Positions 34,734 through 45,594 are shown, counted from the stretch's first letter. The stretch is DNA of 64,000 nucleotides from Nitrososphaerales archaeon (GCA_965197925.1 CBDAOC010000020.1:512001-576000), one strand, 5' to 3'. Notes: a model not told the origin generated them from the sequence alone. Numbers and translations: made by a program.

Positions 34734-35087
34734 TCAGGGCTTAAGCAATTGCCAATCATCCATAGAGTATAAAAAGATCATATATGATCCAGTTGAAAAT
34801 CCATGATTAACATCATTTCTCCAGGGTTGAACTGACGCAAAAACTGGAATGCCTCCAATTGAATATGCATATTCTTTTAATTTTTTAATTTCTTCCGATT
34901 TTATATGTGGTGATTTGGTACTGGCTTTAATCTGAATACACCACTTGTTGTTATCCTTATTTACAATTAGATCAGCTGCACCCCTGCTGGATGGGCTAAA
35001 TACAATATCCCATCCGTTCAATCTTAAATAACTGGCAACAACAAATTCCGCTTCTCTACCAAATTCACGCCATGAATAAGTCTTCAT
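34734..35087 (-). CDS. Hjc-like PD-(D/E)XK nuclease
   Basis: GREAE...SRGAADL...IQIK. Confidence 0.75.
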   Translation of the reverse strand: MKTYSWREFGREAEFVVASYLRLNGWDIVFSPSSRGAADLIVNKDNNKWCIQIKASTKSPHIKSEEIKKLKEYAYSIGGIPVFASVQPWRNDVNHGFSTGSYMIFLYSMDDWQLLKP

Positions 35088-35308
35088 AGACGAAGGTATG
35101 AGAGTATGAGTATAAAAATTCCTGACCTACAATTATCTCTTAGGCACTGATACGTTTTGTTGTGTCCTGACCTTTCTTAAAGCTAAATCATTGATCGCGT
35201 TATTAAGTAAAAATTTACCTCGGGTGAATATTGTTATAACGAATGACTAAACTCTACAATTCAAAATCATATTAAGGAGGGAATTTGCTAATAATTGCGT
35301 AGGATCTG

Positions 35309-36400
35309 ATGTATCACATGAGGAAAATAACATTAATCGTTTTGCTGCCCTTGTTTCTATTACCTACTTTGCCAATTCTTGATTTACCTTCAATAAAAGA
35401 TGAAGATCTTGTAGTTAAGGAATTTGTTACTGATCTTGCGTTACCAACCACTATGACGTTTGTAGACGGCGATATTCTGGTTCTTCAAAAAAATGATGGA
35501 AAGGTTAGACTCGTTAGGGATGGAATCCTGCAAGACAAACCAATTCTTGATCTAAAAGTTAGTAACAAAAGTGAAAGGGGTCTTCTTGGTATTACTTCTG
35601 TTGATTCAACAATCTACCTTTACTTAACCGAATCAGACAGAGATGGAGGAGATCCCTTTGGGAACAGAATTTATCAATATCACTGGAATGGTGGGTCATT
35701 AATTGATCCAATCTTGATAAAAGATTTACCTGCAACTCCAGGGCCTAACCATGACGGAGGGGCAATGGTGACAGGTCTGGATGGCGAAGTATTTGCAGTG
35801 ATAGGTGATCTAAACAGGAGGGAACCACTCCAAAATTTGTTTCAGGGGATGTGGATGACACTGGTGTCATTTTACAGATAGTACCTGAAGAGAAGTATTA
35901 TGCAATAGGCATTAGGAATAGTTTTGGTCTTGCAATAGACCCCTATACAGGCAATCTTTGGGACACAGAGAATGGGCCTGACAAATGGGATGAGATCAAC
36001 CTTGTTCCCCCAGGCTTTAATAGTGATTGGAGAACAATCATGGGCCCAGCCACAACATCCGCATTGGAAAAACTTCCTGGTTTTGCTGATTTTGTTTATA
36101 GTGATCCTGAATTTGGTTGGGGGAAGCCCGTCGCACCAAGGCTTTATCATTTATCAATTCAGAATCGTTTGAAAAATATCAAAATAACTTGTTTGTAGGT
36201 GCTTGTAATTAATAATGGTATACTATACAACTTTAAATTAAATCCAGAGCGCAATGGATTCGTACTTGAGGAACCACAATTAACAGACTTGGCAATAAAT
36301 GAAGGAGATTCCATAGAGGAGATCGTTTTAGGAAGACAATTTGGTTGTATTACCGATATCGAAGTTGGTCCAGATGGGTACTTGTATGTAGTTTCTCTAA
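35309..36400 (+). pseudogene. PQQ-dependent glucose/sorbosone dehydrogenase (GDH-B-like), frameshifted and IS-truncated
   Basis: ERGLLG, HDGG, GIRNSFG, TENGP..DEIN, GPDGYLYV across three ORFs. Confidence 0.88.
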
Positions 36401-36457
36401 GAGCTTATCCGAAAATTAACATCATAGCCTAATTGTTTATACCGAAACAGATCTAGA
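36401..36457 (+). mobile_element. Orphan left end of the 28876-type IS5 element
   Basis: GAGCTTATCCGAAAATTAACATC...GAAACAGATCTAGA matches the 28876 element start. Confidence 0.85.
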
Positions 36458-37074
36458 AGGAATCTGCCCACATGCAGGAGTTTGTCCTGCTGTTCCTTTC
36501 ACAGATGTTCCACTCATAATTGAATCGGATGACGATTTTAAGATGGAGATCAAAACCACTGTGCTACCAAAGGGTAGTACTTCTACTTTGGTAAAGGCAA
36601 GAGTTGGTTACGAGGGAGGCACCACAGAGATCGCGGCTGTGGCGGAATATTTTGGACAAACGTTCACACAGCTGACATTACACGGACATTCTGGTATAGA
36701 AATGGAGGCAGAGCCTTTGATATCGAGAATAATGGCAAAATCTGATTTTCCATATGTAGTATATTTGGTGGACTCTGACGGTATGGCGGCAAATTCAATT
36801 GGCGACATGACTCTCTCAATATCAAAATCGGATGAACCGGAAGCGGAGATCGGCACTTCGAGGACAACAACGGAGATAGTTGAGATAGATGCGGGAATCA
36901 TACGGAAGGGAACTTCAATGTCGTTACTACAAGCAACATCAAAAGGGAAAGGAAGTTCGGTTGTAACGGTGGAAGGTTCAGTGAAGGATATTTCTTTATC
37001 TTCAGAAGAGACGATAACTATGAATGCTCAGGTGCCAGAACGACTTGAATTCTTTATTCCAAAAACAATACTAG
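36458..37074 (+). pseudogene. Internal fragment of a large Ig-like surface protein
   Basis: ORF 36543-37136 is beta-rich, has no signal peptide and runs into the next IS. Confidence 0.5.
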
Positions 37075-37948
37075 CAACTCATCTCAAAACCCTACAATAC
37101 ATCAAAAATGATGCGAGATTAACAAATGCCAGGTAGTTTTCTGCCGTTCTTTCATACCTGGTTCTTGTTCTGTGAAATCCATTCTTGAGCCATGCAAGGA
37201 ATCTCTCAACTACAAATCTTGTCTTGCTGTAATGTTTGCAATCATTATTTTGCAAGATGAACTTGGGATTTATTTTGTATGGGATGCAACATGCAATATT
37301 TCTATCCCACAAATACATTCTGATGTATTTTGCATCATTTTGTCTGCATAAACTGATTCTATCTGTTGTATTGAATCATCATCAAGATAGTCTGAAATTG
37401 ATCCTGTAACATCCATGCATTTTGTACTGTCATGTTCATTTGCTGGACTCAACAGTATGGATATTGGAAATCCGTTACTCTCTACTGCGGCATGTATTTT
37501 TGTACCTGTTATTCTCTTGAATCCATTATATCCAGTTACATTGCCCCTTTTTTATCAGGAATGGATGAAGAGTCAACTGATATTTTTTGTAGATTAATTT
37601 TGCCAGATTTATGTGCTGAGTGAATAGTACGTGATAGAATCTTTTTCCAGATTCCTTTTTGTTGCCATTTGTTTAACCTTCTGTTTGCAGTAGAATCATC
37701 ACCATATCTTTTTGGCATATCGTCCCATCGGCATCCAGTAGTTAGAACATGGATTATTCCGTTAATGATTTTTCTATCATAATCCCTAGGCCTGCCAGTT
37801 TTTGCATGTGGTGGTATGTGTGATTCCATCATACTCCACTGTTTGTCTGATAATTCTTGGAATTTCATAAAATAATTTTAGATGTCGCTATTCATGGATC
37901 TAAATGGTCGCTAAAAATTGTCTAAATGGTTAGTTTTGAGATGAGTTG
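37075..37948 (-). mobile_element. IS5-family (IS427-like) insertion sequence, defective
   Basis: TIR CAACTCATCTCAAAAC / GTTTTGAGATGAGTTG; LTTGCRW, VDSS, KKG frameshift window, RFVVER. Confidence 0.9.
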
Positions 37949-38221
37949 TATATATCGATTGGTAGAAATCATTTAATGAACCATGGAATTGGGAGTGTTG
38001 TCGATATTAACTTGCTATAATTAACAAATAAGTTAGGCACTAGTAGTTACCGTAGAAACGCGATTTCCTTAATTGTGTTTTGAATTGTCATTTTTCCCTT
38101 GTACTCAATTCAATTCACCTTTACCTATAATATCAAAATATATAGTCTATAAAATAATAATAAATCCTTAATTTACTTCATCTTAAGAACTTCTTAATTT
38201 CAAATTCTAAAACCAATTTGA

Positions 38222-39799
38222 TCATTCCACCTTAACCCTGTTCTTCTGCCAATTTGGTGTTTCTTTCTCGATCCACAAGAATTTCCTCTGTAAGGTACTG
38301 GTGTAAATCTTCATCCAATCTAGACCAACATGATCAGCCCAGGATTTCATCACTCTTGGATCTATATAATTGCGTAATGATGTTCCAAGGTTGTAATCTC
38401 TAGTACTTTCTGTTAACTTCAACTGAAGTTTTGCCTTCTCCTTCCGGTCCTTAAGCATTTTAGCCTGTTTCTCTGTCTTAGGTTTCGTATTTTCTATTTT
38501 CTCAAGTCTTTCTTTTTTCTTTTGTAACATCTGTTCAAAGTTCTTTGCAACAGCTTTCTTGTGGTTACATTCTATTGCAGCCTGCAGGTTTGCCATCTTT
38601 GCATGATAGATTTTCACAAATTCAGACCTCCCATCAATCTTACTATCAACCGTTGACAAATAGTTTTTCACTATTTCTGAGCCCAGGTAGGTTCTGAACA
38701 CTTTAGCAGACAAACCTGGCACTATCTTACTAAAGAACTTATTTACATGCCTTGAAGTGATTCCTGAAAATATCAATTCATCGTGTTTCTTTCCTTTCAC
38801 AAACTCTTTCATATTTTCATAAACTATGAAATCTTTGTCATGAAGTTCTAGGACTTTCTTCCATCTAACACTATCCTTGCCCAAAAAATCAAATTCTATA
38901 TTTTCATCGTTTAATTTAATATGTTCAATCCTTAGCGTAGTAGCTCCTACAGTATCTGCTTCATCTGGATCTTTTTCGTCACCCACCCTCATCGCGAGTT
39001 TGTAAATAAGATAGCAAACGGTAGCCACTTTGCGTTCCTTCACATCCTTGGTCCCCATTGCTTTATAGATCTTATCCACAACTTTGTCTATCTGACGAGC
39101 AAGATCTATTGCCTTCTCATATTTGGCCTTGTCACGTTCCTGTCTTAAAGTTGCGGCGTCTGAAAGCCATACATACTTCTCCTTTCCCGTAAGTTTATCG
39201 ACCCATCTGGCGAGCCACATGGAATCTTGATCATGAACAATGCGACCCCAGTCTCCTTTAGGCGCTTTTGCATCACTACCAAGATTTAATGTTATGTCAG
39301 CTGGATTAACTCTTGGTTTCCACTTGCCACGTAACGGATGTCTACCCCTCCCCATAAATATACCAGGCGGCTCAACCATCCAGTTGGCAACATCAAACGA
39401 TTGACCATCAACTTTAGCAACACCGTACTTTGCCTTTAATTCATCCCTTATTTTCTTTCTTTCAGCGGAGCGTTTTTTCTTATCCTCCTTGTCCAACACA
39501 ATATTCTTCTGTTGATCTACCCATTCATAAATCACGTTAAAGTCAACCTCCTCAAAACTAGCATCATTCAATTCTTGCGGAAATAGTTTCAGGAAATCTT
39601 TGATGAAATTCTGTACAAACACTGGATCTTGTATGTATGGTGTATCTTTCTTCTTTGCCCAAGCAACAGCCATCTCTTCCTGACTTTTACTCAGAGCTAC
39701 AGTTTCACCCCTAATCTTTATTTTGAAACCTAAAGGCTGGAAATCGGGAAGAAATACAACTCCATGATGCTCTAATGATTTCCATTTCATAATATACAC
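38222..39799 (-). CDS. DNA topoisomerase IB (eukaryote-type)
   Basis: KWKSLEHHG, EPPGIFMGRG.HPLRG, RVGDEKD, FDFLGKD, AKVFRTY, CNH, GTSLRNYIDPR. Confidence 0.97.
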   Translation of the reverse strand: MYIMKWKSLEHHGVVFLPDFQPLGFKIKIRGETVALSKSQEEMAVAWAKKKDTPYIQDPVFVQNFIKDFLKLFPQELNDASFEEVDFNVIYEWVDQQKNIVLDKEDKKKRSAERKKIRDELKAKYGVAKVDGQSFDVANWMVEPPGIFMGRGRHPLRGKWKPRVNPADITLNLGSDAKAPKGDWGRIVHDQDSMWLARWVDKLTGKEKYVWLSDAATLRQERDKAKYEKAIDLARQIDKVVDKIYKAMGTKDVKERKVATVCYLIYKLAMRVGDEKDPDEADTVGATTLRIEHIKLNDENIEFDFLGKDSVRWKKVLELHDKDFIVYENMKEFVKGKKHDELIFSGITSRHVNKFFSKIVPGLSAKVFRTYLGSEIVKNYLSTVDSKIDGRSEFVKIYHAKMANLQAAIECNHKKAVAKNFEQMLQKKKERLEKIENTKPKTEKQAKMLKDRKEKAKLQLKLTESTRDYNLGTSLRNYIDPRVMKSWADHVGLDWMKIYTSTLQRKFLWIEKETPNWQKNRVKVE

Positions 39800-40344
39800 T
39801 GCTCTTGCAACTTATTCAAAAGCCCTCGCAAATGGAGATAAATGTTTGAATATATTTCCAAACATAGTCTTTTCCAATCTTTATTTAACATTAAAGGTTT
39901 ATCGATCACTAACAGATGAATTAATGATGCTTCTAAATATCTTGTGTGATCGATGGAATAATATTTACATCCCCTACCAACAGAAAAAACCATCAAATAT
40001 ATCAAATTTATAAATATTGCACTCCGGGTATATCATTTATTGTTGTATAGTAATTATTTAAATACATTCATATTTAATTTTTTAAAAATATAGATGCATA
40101 GGACATGTATTTAGAACAAGAAAATAGGGTCTCACACGAGCCGTGTAACTCCAATAGACTTTGCAACATAATTACTACCCAAGGTACGAAATTAATGTGA
40201 ATTAGATGTAATTAAATCTTGTTCGATACATCTTGTTGGGACGAACCATCTAGCAATTCCAAAATTCATTCCAGAAGTATTTGTATTATTATATGTTTTC
40301 TATAAAAGAAAACATTCCATCGACTATTCAAATTTGTACTATTA

Positions 40345-40530
40345 TTAGTGCTTCTTGAACTCTTTCCTTAATGACTTCCAACCCTTTGCTATTATCTCTT
40401 CATAAACATTTGATAGTTTAGGAATACTATCCCCTTCTATTACTGCTTGCTTCACCCGTTGCCTATAATACTCCTCTATCTCTTTAGCTATCATGTTGTC
40501 TATAGTTATGGAAGCCCTGTATTTTGTCAC
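40345..40530 (-). CDS. Small RHH-like DNA-binding protein
   Basis: N-terminal strand YRASITID followed by two helices. Confidence 0.55.
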   Translation of the reverse strand: MTKYRASITIDNMIAKEIEEYYRQRVKQAVIEGDSIPKLSNVYEEIIAKGWKSLRKEFKKH

Positions 40531-40631
40531 GGAGCTTAATATACTATATTAATATATTAATATATATGCGCTAAAATATTACATATATATCATAAATGAT
40601 ATAAAGTAGACTTTCTATTATATATTGTTTC

Positions 40632-40790
40632 ATGAGCAACAAGAGGATCGTAAAAATCAGATACGGCAAAAAAACCTTCTTGCTTGACGAAGATATTATT
40701 ATCTCCGATTTCTTAAAATCTCAACATCTCGATGTTCTGAAACTCATAGTTCTCAAGGAAGTGAATGATTCTCTCATGATTAACACATGA
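40632..40790 (+). CDS. 52-aa hypothetical protein, below the ORF-track cutoff
   Basis: MSNKRIVKIRYGKKTFLLDED...NT*, divergent from the RHH-like gene. Confidence 0.45.
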   Translation: MSNKRIVKIRYGKKTFLLDEDIIISDFLKSQHLDVLKLIVLKEVNDSLMINT

Positions 40791-41105
40791 AAACAGTAAT
40801 TAACTTTCACATTGATTTACAATTAAATATCTATAACGAAGTTGAAAAATCCTTGAAAAGTATTAATTCCGTTTATTGTCCTCCATCTACGCTTATACAT
40901 CCAAGATTTTTATAGTTAATTCGTTACGTATTAAGTTGCCCCACTAATCTATCAAAAAACAATTTATGATCAACTGATCAAGAATTTAACATTCTAATTC
41001 TTGGACCCAAGATCGTATGATATTGTTATCGTTCCCCTTCCTCATGAAATTCTAAAATGCTTATATCGTGATTTAGTAAATTTTGGATAAGTGATGTACT
41101 AAGAT

Positions 41106-41213
41106 GCCGGGGTAGGATAGCATGGGAGTCCGTCAGCCTCGAGATCAAATAAGGTAACAGGAAAGCTGATGTCCCATCGGGACGCGTGGGTTCAAATCCC
41201 ACTCCCGGCGCCA
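41106..41213 (+). tRNA. tRNA-Ser(CGA) with 20-nt intron at 37/38 (41144-41163), CCA encoded
   Basis: Acceptor GCCGGGG/TCCCGGC, G discriminator, anticodon stem TCAGC/GCTGA, long variable arm GTCCC/GGGAC, T-loop TTCAAAT. Confidence 0.9.
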
Positions 41214-41278
41214 TGCCAATTATTCAGATATCACTGGACTTGCTTGTAATAGCAAAGTATTATACTGTATCTCTAGAG

Positions 41279-43081
41279 ATGCGGATTGGGTTGAAGGAAA
41301 TTCTTGAAAGACAGGTTTCATATTATATGGAAAAAGATGTTATACTGCTCGATAGTAATAGCACGATCTCCCTTGCCAGTAGGATAATGAGGAAGAGAGA
41401 GGATGATAGCGTAGTTGTAATTAAGGAAGGCCAGCCTGTTGGTATAGTAACAGATCAAGATGTTCTCGACAATCTAACTACTAAGGGAATGAATCCTGAA
41501 GGCGCAAACTTAGAATCGATAATGTCTTCTCCACTTATCACAATCAACCCTGAAGCAAAACTAACAGATGCTTTGAAAAATATGCGAGAATTAAACGTCA
41601 AAAAATTGGTTGTTGTTGAAGATGGGGTAGTCAAGGGAATGATAAGACAATCAATGATAGCGAATGCAATTAGAAATGCAGTCATTGTTAAGCCTAGAGG
41701 TGTTAAACCTGGTCTACATTCAGTTCTAGGTAACTTGGGTTTCTTGTTGCAATTTGCAGGGATACTAATTATGATTCCAGCATTAGTTTCAATGTTTCTA
41801 AATGAGGCTTTGGTTGCAGCTAGTATCTTTTTAATGTGTGTCTCATTACTTGCAATAGGATTTTTCCTTAACTCGTATGGAGAAAAGGCACCTTTGAACC
41901 TAAGACAAGCATCTGTTCTAGTGATTTCAAGCTTTTTGTTACTGAGTCTATTCGGCATGATTCCATATGCGTATCTTAATCCTTATGACTCAGTTTCTAT
42001 ACCAGAATTGTTTGTAAATAGTTTCTTCTCTAGCACTGCAGGCTTTACGACGGGGGGAATTTCGCTGATCACAACTCCTGAGGATCTGCCGCAAAGCTTC
42101 AGATTCTACAGGGCATTCACGCAATGGGTGGGTGGCATGAGTTTCATATACCTCGTTATGACAGCATTCTATCCCCAGGGGAAACTAGCAGGTATGCGAG
42201 GATTCATAACTGGCAAAACTTTGCATCTGAAAGAGCTATTTCTAACAATTACTATTATTTTCAGTATCTATGTAAGTATTGTGAGCTTTTTATTCTACAT
42301 TTTCGGTGCAAAAAATATCGTTGACGATGTATCACTAGCATTAACCACTGTTGTAACGGGGGGTTTTCTTCCAAATTCTACCATTCTTCTAAATATGGAA
42401 TGGTACAAAATGGTCGTTTTAATCATTGGAATGATTCTTGGCGCACTTCCATTTACATATCACTATGCATTGATCAAGAGAAGATTTCTGACTCCTTCGT
42501 TAAATAAGGAGATAGCAGTTTTTCTCGCATTAATAGGATTTAGTATAGTAGTTTTTCCTTTTGTTGTTGGAATTGATTTTATAACGAGCATATTCTATGT
42601 CATTTCAGCGAGTACTACTGCAGGTCTGCAGGTAGGAAATATAACTGGATTTAATGACGCCGCTAAAATCTTCCTAATGTTGTTAATGTTTATTGGTGGC
42701 TGTGGATTTTCTACCGCAGGTGGTATCAAGATCTTCAGGTTCATCGATTTAGCCAAGTTGGCTAAAAGAATAAGGTACAAGGAGACATACAGGCAAATGA
42801 CCAAGAAAGATGCAAAGGAACTCGCTTCTATTTTGATCATAATGGCATTGTTTCCATTGATATCATATTTTACTGCTCTTCACATAATGGGTCAAGGCTT
42901 CACTTTCACTGATGCATATTTTGAATCCGTTGCTGCTATAACAACAGGAGGGCTATCTATGGGAGTCACAAGCCTTGAACTTGATTCGCTCTCAAAGATT
43001 TATTTAGCATTGATAATGATTCTGGGAAGATTTGAAATAATAGCCATAATATACATAATGGTTCCTAAGTTGAGGCATTAG
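41279..43081 (+). CDS. trkH: TrkH-type potassium transporter with N-terminal CBS pair
   Basis: CBS motifs GIVTDQD; four pore loops (GFTTGG, VTGGF, STTAGL, ITTGGL), GRFEI; start moved to ATG 41279, downstream of the tRNA. Confidence 0.9.
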   Translation: MRIGLKEILERQVSYYMEKDVILLDSNSTISLASRIMRKREDDSVVVIKEGQPVGIVTDQDVLDNLTTKGMNPEGANLESIMSSPLITINPEAKLTDALKNMRELNVKKLVVVEDGVVKGMIRQSMIANAIRNAVIVKPRGVKPGLHSVLGNLGFLLQFAGILIMIPALVSMFLNEALVAASIFLMCVSLLAIGFFLNSYGEKAPLNLRQASVLVISSFLLLSLFGMIPYAYLNPYDSVSIPELFVNSFFSSTAGFTTGGISLITTPEDLPQSFRFYRAFTQWVGGMSFIYLVMTAFYPQGKLAGMRGFITGKTLHLKELFLTITIIFSIYVSIVSFLFYIFGAKNIVDDVSLALTTVVTGGFLPNSTILLNMEWYKMVVLIIGMILGALPFTYHYALIKRRFLTPSLNKEIAVFLALIGFSIVVFPFVVGIDFITSIFYVISASTTAGLQVGNITGFNDAAKIFLMLLMFIGGCGFSTAGGIKIFRFIDLAKLAKRIRYKETYRQMTKKDAKELASILIIMALFPLISYFTALHIMGQGFTFTDAYFESVAAITTGGLSMGVTSLELDSLSKIYLALIMILGRFEIIAIIYIMVPKLRH

Positions 43082-43127
43082 AAATTACAAATATGTAACT
43101 TTTATAATACAATAGGACAATTATATA

Positions 43128-43508
43128 ATGATTAAAAAACTGGTGTTCAAGCGTGATGTTGTAAACAGCATAATTACATTCTGTAAGATGCATCACCCAA
43201 ACGAGACCATTCTTATATTAAGAGGAAACATTGGGAATGATTCAATTGTTGTAGATAGTCTCATAATTCCACCATTAGCTGAAGGTGGCCCTTTCTATTC
43301 TGGTTTCCCTTCAGATATGCTTCCTGGGGATATATCTATTTTGGGAACAGCGCATTCCCATCCAAGTGGAGGTTCCGAACCATCTTTAATTGATGTGAAT
43401 CACTTTACAGGAGTTGTAGGAGTAATCGCAAGATATCCGTATGAAGAAAACGATTTCTTCGCTTACAACTCCAAAGGTGAAAAATTAGATTTTTTTGTAC
43501 AAGATTAG
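43128..43508 (+). CDS. JAB/MPN (JAMM) metalloprotease
   Basis: HPNE, HSHPSGGSEPSLID. Confidence 0.9.
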   Translation: MIKKLVFKRDVVNSIITFCKMHHPNETILILRGNIGNDSIVVDSLIIPPLAEGGPFYSGFPSDMLPGDISILGTAHSHPSGGSEPSLIDVNHFTGVVGVIARYPYEENDFFAYNSKGEKLDFFVQD

Positions 43509-43558
43509 TTTTATAATTTCCAATTGCAAAAAAGATTTAAAAGGTTGCCCAAAGAAAT

Positions 43559-43870
43559 GTGAGTAGGAATTCGATGAACTACTATCGTAGGATGTTAACG
43601 TGGTTAGTATTTTCTTTGGTGGTCAGTATGGCATTGACATATTTGTTTGGATCCATTTTTCCTGGTATAGGAATATTTGTTGGTCTAGCTATGGCGGTGG
43701 GCATTTTTATCTTATTATCAATCTACATTAGAAAGAAAACGTTGCAGGGGACTATGAGTGGTGGGATGTTTGCAGGAGGAATAAATTACATTTGTATCGC
43801 ATGCGGGCACAGGTTCAAAGGTGGTTCTTGTCCTAGATGTGGTTCAAAGATGAGAAAGGCAGAATTTTAG
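43559..43870 (+). CDS. Small membrane protein with C-terminal zinc ribbon
   Basis: Two TM helices, CIAC...CPRCGS. Confidence 0.75.
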   Translation: MSRNSMNYYRRMLTWLVFSLVVSMALTYLFGSIFPGIGIFVGLAMAVGIFILLSIYIRKKTLQGTMSGGMFAGGINYICIACGHRFKGGSCPRCGSKMRKAEF

Positions 43871-43906
43871 GTTAAGATTTTATGTAATAAGAATCTGTTT
43901 ATAGAC

Positions 43907-44224
43907 ATGACATTGGAAGAACTCCGAAGCAAGGCCTTGTTTCAAAATACTATTGATGTATGGATAATGCATTGCGAGGAAAGTAAACTTGAATGGTTTG
44001 ATACTGATGCTTACCGGGCATTTATAACTCATATGTTAGAAAACGATATTAAGATGCAGAAATTTCCACTTTGTATAAAAGAAAGTGGAGGTATGTTTGA
44101 AAGGGGTAGAGATAAGACCCAGTTTCTTGATAAGCTTTCCAAATTCGACAATCCTGATGCAATGGCGTATACTTTGAAGTTATCTGATAAGACCCTTTCT
44201 ATTATACGTGCTTTCAGGCGCTAA
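43907..44224 (+). CDS. Hypothetical protein
   Basis: 105-aa ORF in an operon-like run. Confidence 0.7.
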   Translation: MTLEELRSKALFQNTIDVWIMHCEESKLEWFDTDAYRAFITHMLENDIKMQKFPLCIKESGGMFERGRDKTQFLDKLSKFDNPDAMAYTLKLSDKTLSIIRAFRR

Positions 44225-45594
44225 TTCTTCTTCATCTTTGGATTTACAATAGAGTCAAGGGCCGTACCAATCAATACAAATGCCAAACCCGTTATTGCTA
44301 TCATAATCCCCGGTGGCAGTATCCACCACCAGAGCCCTCTTGCTGCAGCTCCAAATGTATTTGCATCATGTAAAATCTGACCCCATGTTGGCAGGGTTGG
44401 ATCACCAAGCCCAAGAAAACTCAATCCTGCTTCAGTGATTATTGCAGCTGGAACCGAAATTGCGATTACTGCAAATGCGTATGGCAACACTTGAGGGAAA
44501 ATATGTTTGAAAACTATCCTGATGCTTGACTGACCCATGAGCTGCGCAGCTTCTATGTATTGTAGATGTTTTATTTGTAGTGCCATACTTCTAGAAATCT
44601 TTGCAATTGCTACCCATCCAAATATTATTAGATATCCAACTATGAGAAATATACTTTTGCCAACCGTAATTGCAAGCAAAATGAGCACTGGTAGGGCAGG
44701 CAATGCGTAAACAACATCATTTGCTCTCATCATAACTTCATCTGTTCTTCTACCTCTGTAGCCAGAAATTATTCCATACATTAAACCTATTATTACGGAA
44801 ATTGAAGAAACTGAGATGCCTATAAAAAGTGCTATAGGAGTGCCCCATATTATTCCAACTGCAAGATCTCGTCTTAGCTCATCCGTGCCAAGCAACCCAT
44901 AAACTTTGCCTCCCAATAAAAGCTCACTGCTAATAACATTATCCGTGTCGTTGAAGAGAAAGAATGTGGTTGTCATAGTATAAGTTCCTTTCAATACCTT
45001 CGATTCATGTAGATCCGAAAACAAGGTAATCTCTGGTTGTGACTCATCAATCGGATAATTATAAGCATAAAGAAGGTTCCTAACATTATTCTTGACTGCA
45101 GAGTCAGTTGAGAATATTGTTCCCGTATATGTATATGATCCAACCTTCGGCGTTGGTAGTGAGGTTCGCAACAATTCAATTTGATTACCATCTGGTCTCT
45201 CTATAGAGAACTGTAATAATGGTGGTGTAGTGTGATACTGTACAATGTAATTGACCATAAAATCATTTAGGAACTTGTCATAGTTGTAATTGAAGATGAA
45301 TCTATGTGATACCGTTCGTAGACCATCTTGGTTTGTTTCAATCACATATGGTTCACTAATTATCTTATGTTCTGGCAATTTAGTTATCAAAAAATAATTA
45401 ACCCATATAGGCATTGCAGATTTTGGGTTGTTAATCCATTGTGCTGGATTCTGCCATTGTTGGAAAGTTTCTAGAGGGATTGTTACAACTGCCACTATGG
45501 ATATTACTACCAACGCTATAAGTATGATCAAACCTGCGATACCAGTTTTGTAACGCCTGAACTCTTTCCAAATGTCCGAAAAAGCCAGACTCAT
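44221..45594 (-). CDS. Peptide/nickel ABC transporter permease (OppC/DppC-like)
   Basis: LLGTDELRRD, YIEAAQLMG, EAGLSFLGLG. Confidence 0.93.
   Translation of the reverse strand: MSLAFSDIWKEFRRYKTGIAGLIILIALVVISIVAVVTIPLETFQQWQNPAQWINNPKSAMPIWVNYFLITKLPEHKIISEPYVIETNQDGLRTVSHRFIFNYNYDKFLNDFMVNYIVQYHTTPPLLQFSIERPDGNQIELLRTSLPTPKVGSYTYTGTIFSTDSAVKNNVRNLLYAYNYPIDESQPEITLFSDLHESKVLKGTYTMTTTFFLFNDTDNVISSELLLGGKVYGLLGTDELRRDLAVGIIWGTPIALFIGISVSSISVIIGLMYGIISGYRGRRTDEVMMRANDVVYALPALPVLILLAITVGKSIFLIVGYLIIFGWVAIAKISRSMALQIKHLQYIEAAQLMGQSSIRIVFKHIFPQVLPYAFAVIAISVPAAIITEAGLSFLGLGDPTLPTWGQILHDANTFGAAARGLWWWILPPGIMIAITGLAFVLIGTALDSIVNPKMKKN

Noticed and set aside
41186..41278. N-terminal extension of TrkH and antisense ORF 41026-41214
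   Set aside because: Both overlap the tRNA gene.
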